A stretch of 64,000 nucleotides of DNA, taken from contig CAJFCJ010000003.1 in assembly GCA_904063045.1 (NCBI GenBank), forward strand, positions 1,488,001 to 1,552,000. The letters are read 5' to 3'. Every line of letters starts with the position of its first letter. Within the stretch, counting starts at the first letter, position 1. This DNA is from Dimorphilus gyrociliatus. Lineage: Eukaryota; Animalia; Annelida. Positions 62,200 through 64,000 of the stretch are shown piece by piece. Under the pieces are notes generated by a model. The model was not told the DNA's origin. It worked only from the letters and a program-made list of their open reading frames with translations, and ran no database searches. The translations under genes were made by a program, and so were the position numbers.

Positions 62200-62894
62200 T
62201 GATAAACAAGCACTTCAGATCACTTTTTGCTTTTGATTATAAGCTGAAGAGTTACATTTTCTTTTTTTTTCTTTTAAAAAAATAAACGATAGGGAAAAAA
62301 AATTACAGCATTCTTGGATAAATACAGTAGCTTATTCCGATAAATAGCCATTTTTGTGCTTAGTTCAACTGTTACTTTATATAAAGCATTCAATTTATAG
62401 ACTTATTTTTGTACCCAAAGGATTTGCCTTGTAATCGAAGGCGACTATAACTTACTTTCATCTTACGAGAATTATATCTTTTTTTATGGAATAAGTCTTT
62501 CTTTGTAGATTTCTAAACCTCAACAGATGGCGTATGAAGCAGGAGGAACAGTTAGCTAAATAATACACTGCATATTTCATGTAAAACTTTTTGTAATCCA
62601 AATTAAAGAATAATGTTACAAATTATTAGTTACATATAATATTGAGGAAAGTTAGCGAATATGAAAAGAATTTTTCTATTAATGAAATATTTCACCTAGT
62701 ACGACCCTACTGTCTAAAAGGTCAAATTGCAGCTGACTTTATTTAAAAGATGGTGATTTCTTGAAAATTTAAACAGACCTGTAGATAAGTCTGTCGAAAT
62801 TATAATTAATGTTTGGTTTTCGAAATTTCTTAGAAGAAATCAGATAAAAAATATATTATTTAGCTGCTGTATATTGCATTAGTATACAGTGTAT

Positions 62895-62926
<32 letters not shown>

Positions 62927-63222
62927 CTATATTACATCTGTGGATATAAAAGAAGAAGGATCAAATGTATTTTAAAGCGCAAACAGAAGAAAGGAAAAAC
63001 CTCAACTCTGACCTACGTACGGTATATTTTCAAGAGCAAACCTGTAAATTCGAATATAAACAATTGGTAAAAGTTAAGAGAGGGAGCCAAAAAATTAGTA
63101 GAAAAGGGTGTGAATAGGAAGAGAGGAGAGGGGGCTGCTGATCGCAAAACTGTATACATCTCACTCTCAGACAGAAGTTGATCATATACGAATAATACTA
63201 AAAGCTGAAAACTTATGAACCT

Positions 63223-64000
63223 ATGAAGAGAGCTACTAGAAGATGGTGTAAAAGATTCTTTTTGTATGGGGGAGTCTTTTGCGTTGTATTTCTATTATTA
63301 CTAGCTATAAAATTGAATTTCGATATTCTAAAGCATGATAATGTTTTATTACAAACAAGTTTTGTTAAGAAGACGACATCTCATTCGAAAGTGGATTTTA
63401 TATCAGAAAATTATTTGCGGATCATCAACGAAACAATTATTTATCCTCCGTTCAAGATAAGAAGACCTAATTTCATAGATGAGAGAGATAAAGTAGCCTT
63501 TCTTACTAACAAGATAAATGATGAAGCAATGAAGAAGGTGTCTAGAGAGAGGTTGATTGGTCGTATTGTAATGCAGCAAAATGCAACGATTCACGAATCT
63601 TTTGATTGTGGCTGGAAAACGAAATTCAAAGATTTCGAAAATAAATCAAACAAACAAGGTAATATTTTACAGGTTGCTGCTGGTTTGCTAGTACCTCAAT
63701 CAGACAGTTTTCAGCATTTTATGGACGGAGTCTTACCAAAAATTGTTCAGGGGAGTTATTCAGAATTTCCGTTGAGAGGTGTTAAATTAATTATCAACTC
63801 AATACAGAGCTAAAATTTAACTCAATCGCATGATAAAAGCAACTTCTTGAAAAAGTATTAAATGAAAAGTTTAAGAATTCTCGAATCTGGAAAAGAGATT
63901 ACCAGATAACTTAAATTTGACCTTTTTATAATTCTGAATAACACCTCCAGGCCAGTAACGTTTTAAAAGAAACGCGGGCATCAATAGTATTGTTTAGGCC
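63223..64000 (+). CDS. Type II membrane glycosyltransferase, GT61/DUF563-like; continues beyond the window (exon 63223-63750, intron, exon from 63951)
   Basis: Signal anchor RRWCKRFFLYGGVFCVVFLLLLAI; motif VPQSDSFQHFMDGVLPKIVQ typical of DUF563/GT61-like proteins. The frame resumes at 63951 as ASNVLKETRASIVLFR, open to the window end. Confidence 0.7.
63751..63950 (+). mobile_element. 200-nt intron with terminal inverted repeats and flanking CAG duplication (MITE/introner-like)
   Basis: GTTATTCAGAATT (63755-63767) and its exact reverse complement AATTCTGAATAAC (63930-63942) lie 4 and 8 nt inside the ends. CAG occurs at 63748-63750 and 63948-63950. Confidence 0.5.

Noticed and set aside
63659-63672. 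GT...AG segment (gtaatattttacag) resembling an intron in the GT61-like gene
   Set aside because: Only 14 nt, far below the local minimum, and it reads through in frame.
1-64000. tRNA, rRNA, snRNA, CRISPR arrays and prokaryotic operon features
   Set aside because: No T-loop/D-loop tRNA signatures, rRNA-like blocks or repeat-spacer periodicity seen. The intron-containing genes show the sequence is eukaryotic. A covariance-model scan (tRNAscan-SE, Infernal/Rfam) would be needed to exclude small ncRNAs.

Overview
Eukaryotic, AT-rich, very gene-dense window from a compact invertebrate genome. Most spliceosomal introns are about 50-70 nt, and neighbouring start codons can lie under 250 bp apart. 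This fits a miniaturised lophotrochozoan such as the annelid Dimorphilus gyrociliatus, but the species is my inference. I assembled 23 protein-coding genes by hand from splice sites: ZNF622, a Rab22/31-type GTPase, a TOR4A-like torsin, TFPT/INO80F with an HMG box, PGAM5, a GT31 galactosyltransferase, MRPS26, METTL25, SDHA, DAW1, TAPT1, whirlin, a 3xCUB membrane protein, a PDZ-LIM (Enigma/Zasp) protein, RPL35A, importin-alpha3, an orphan CCaX protein, a Ki-67 homologue, a TSC22D/bunched locus, an orphan 3-exon gene, an intronless class A GPCR, a CCDC190-like protein and a GT61-like glycosyltransferase. The first 40 kb is tightly packed with many head-to-head pairs; the last 24 kb is sparser. 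Most notable: (1) an invertebrate Ki-67 of about 1,560 aa with a degenerate FHA domain, PP1-docking domain and miniature Ki-67-like repeats; (2) a 200-nt intron with terminal inverted repeats, a CAG duplication and an apparent GG-AG boundary, resembling an introner or MITE-born intron; (3) several candidate phase-2 alternative first exons plus three perfect CREs in the TSC22D locus; (4) two orphan genes that the ORF track does not resolve. I saw no tRNA, rRNA, CRISPR array or autonomous transposon ORF. All homology calls are from motif recognition, not database searches.
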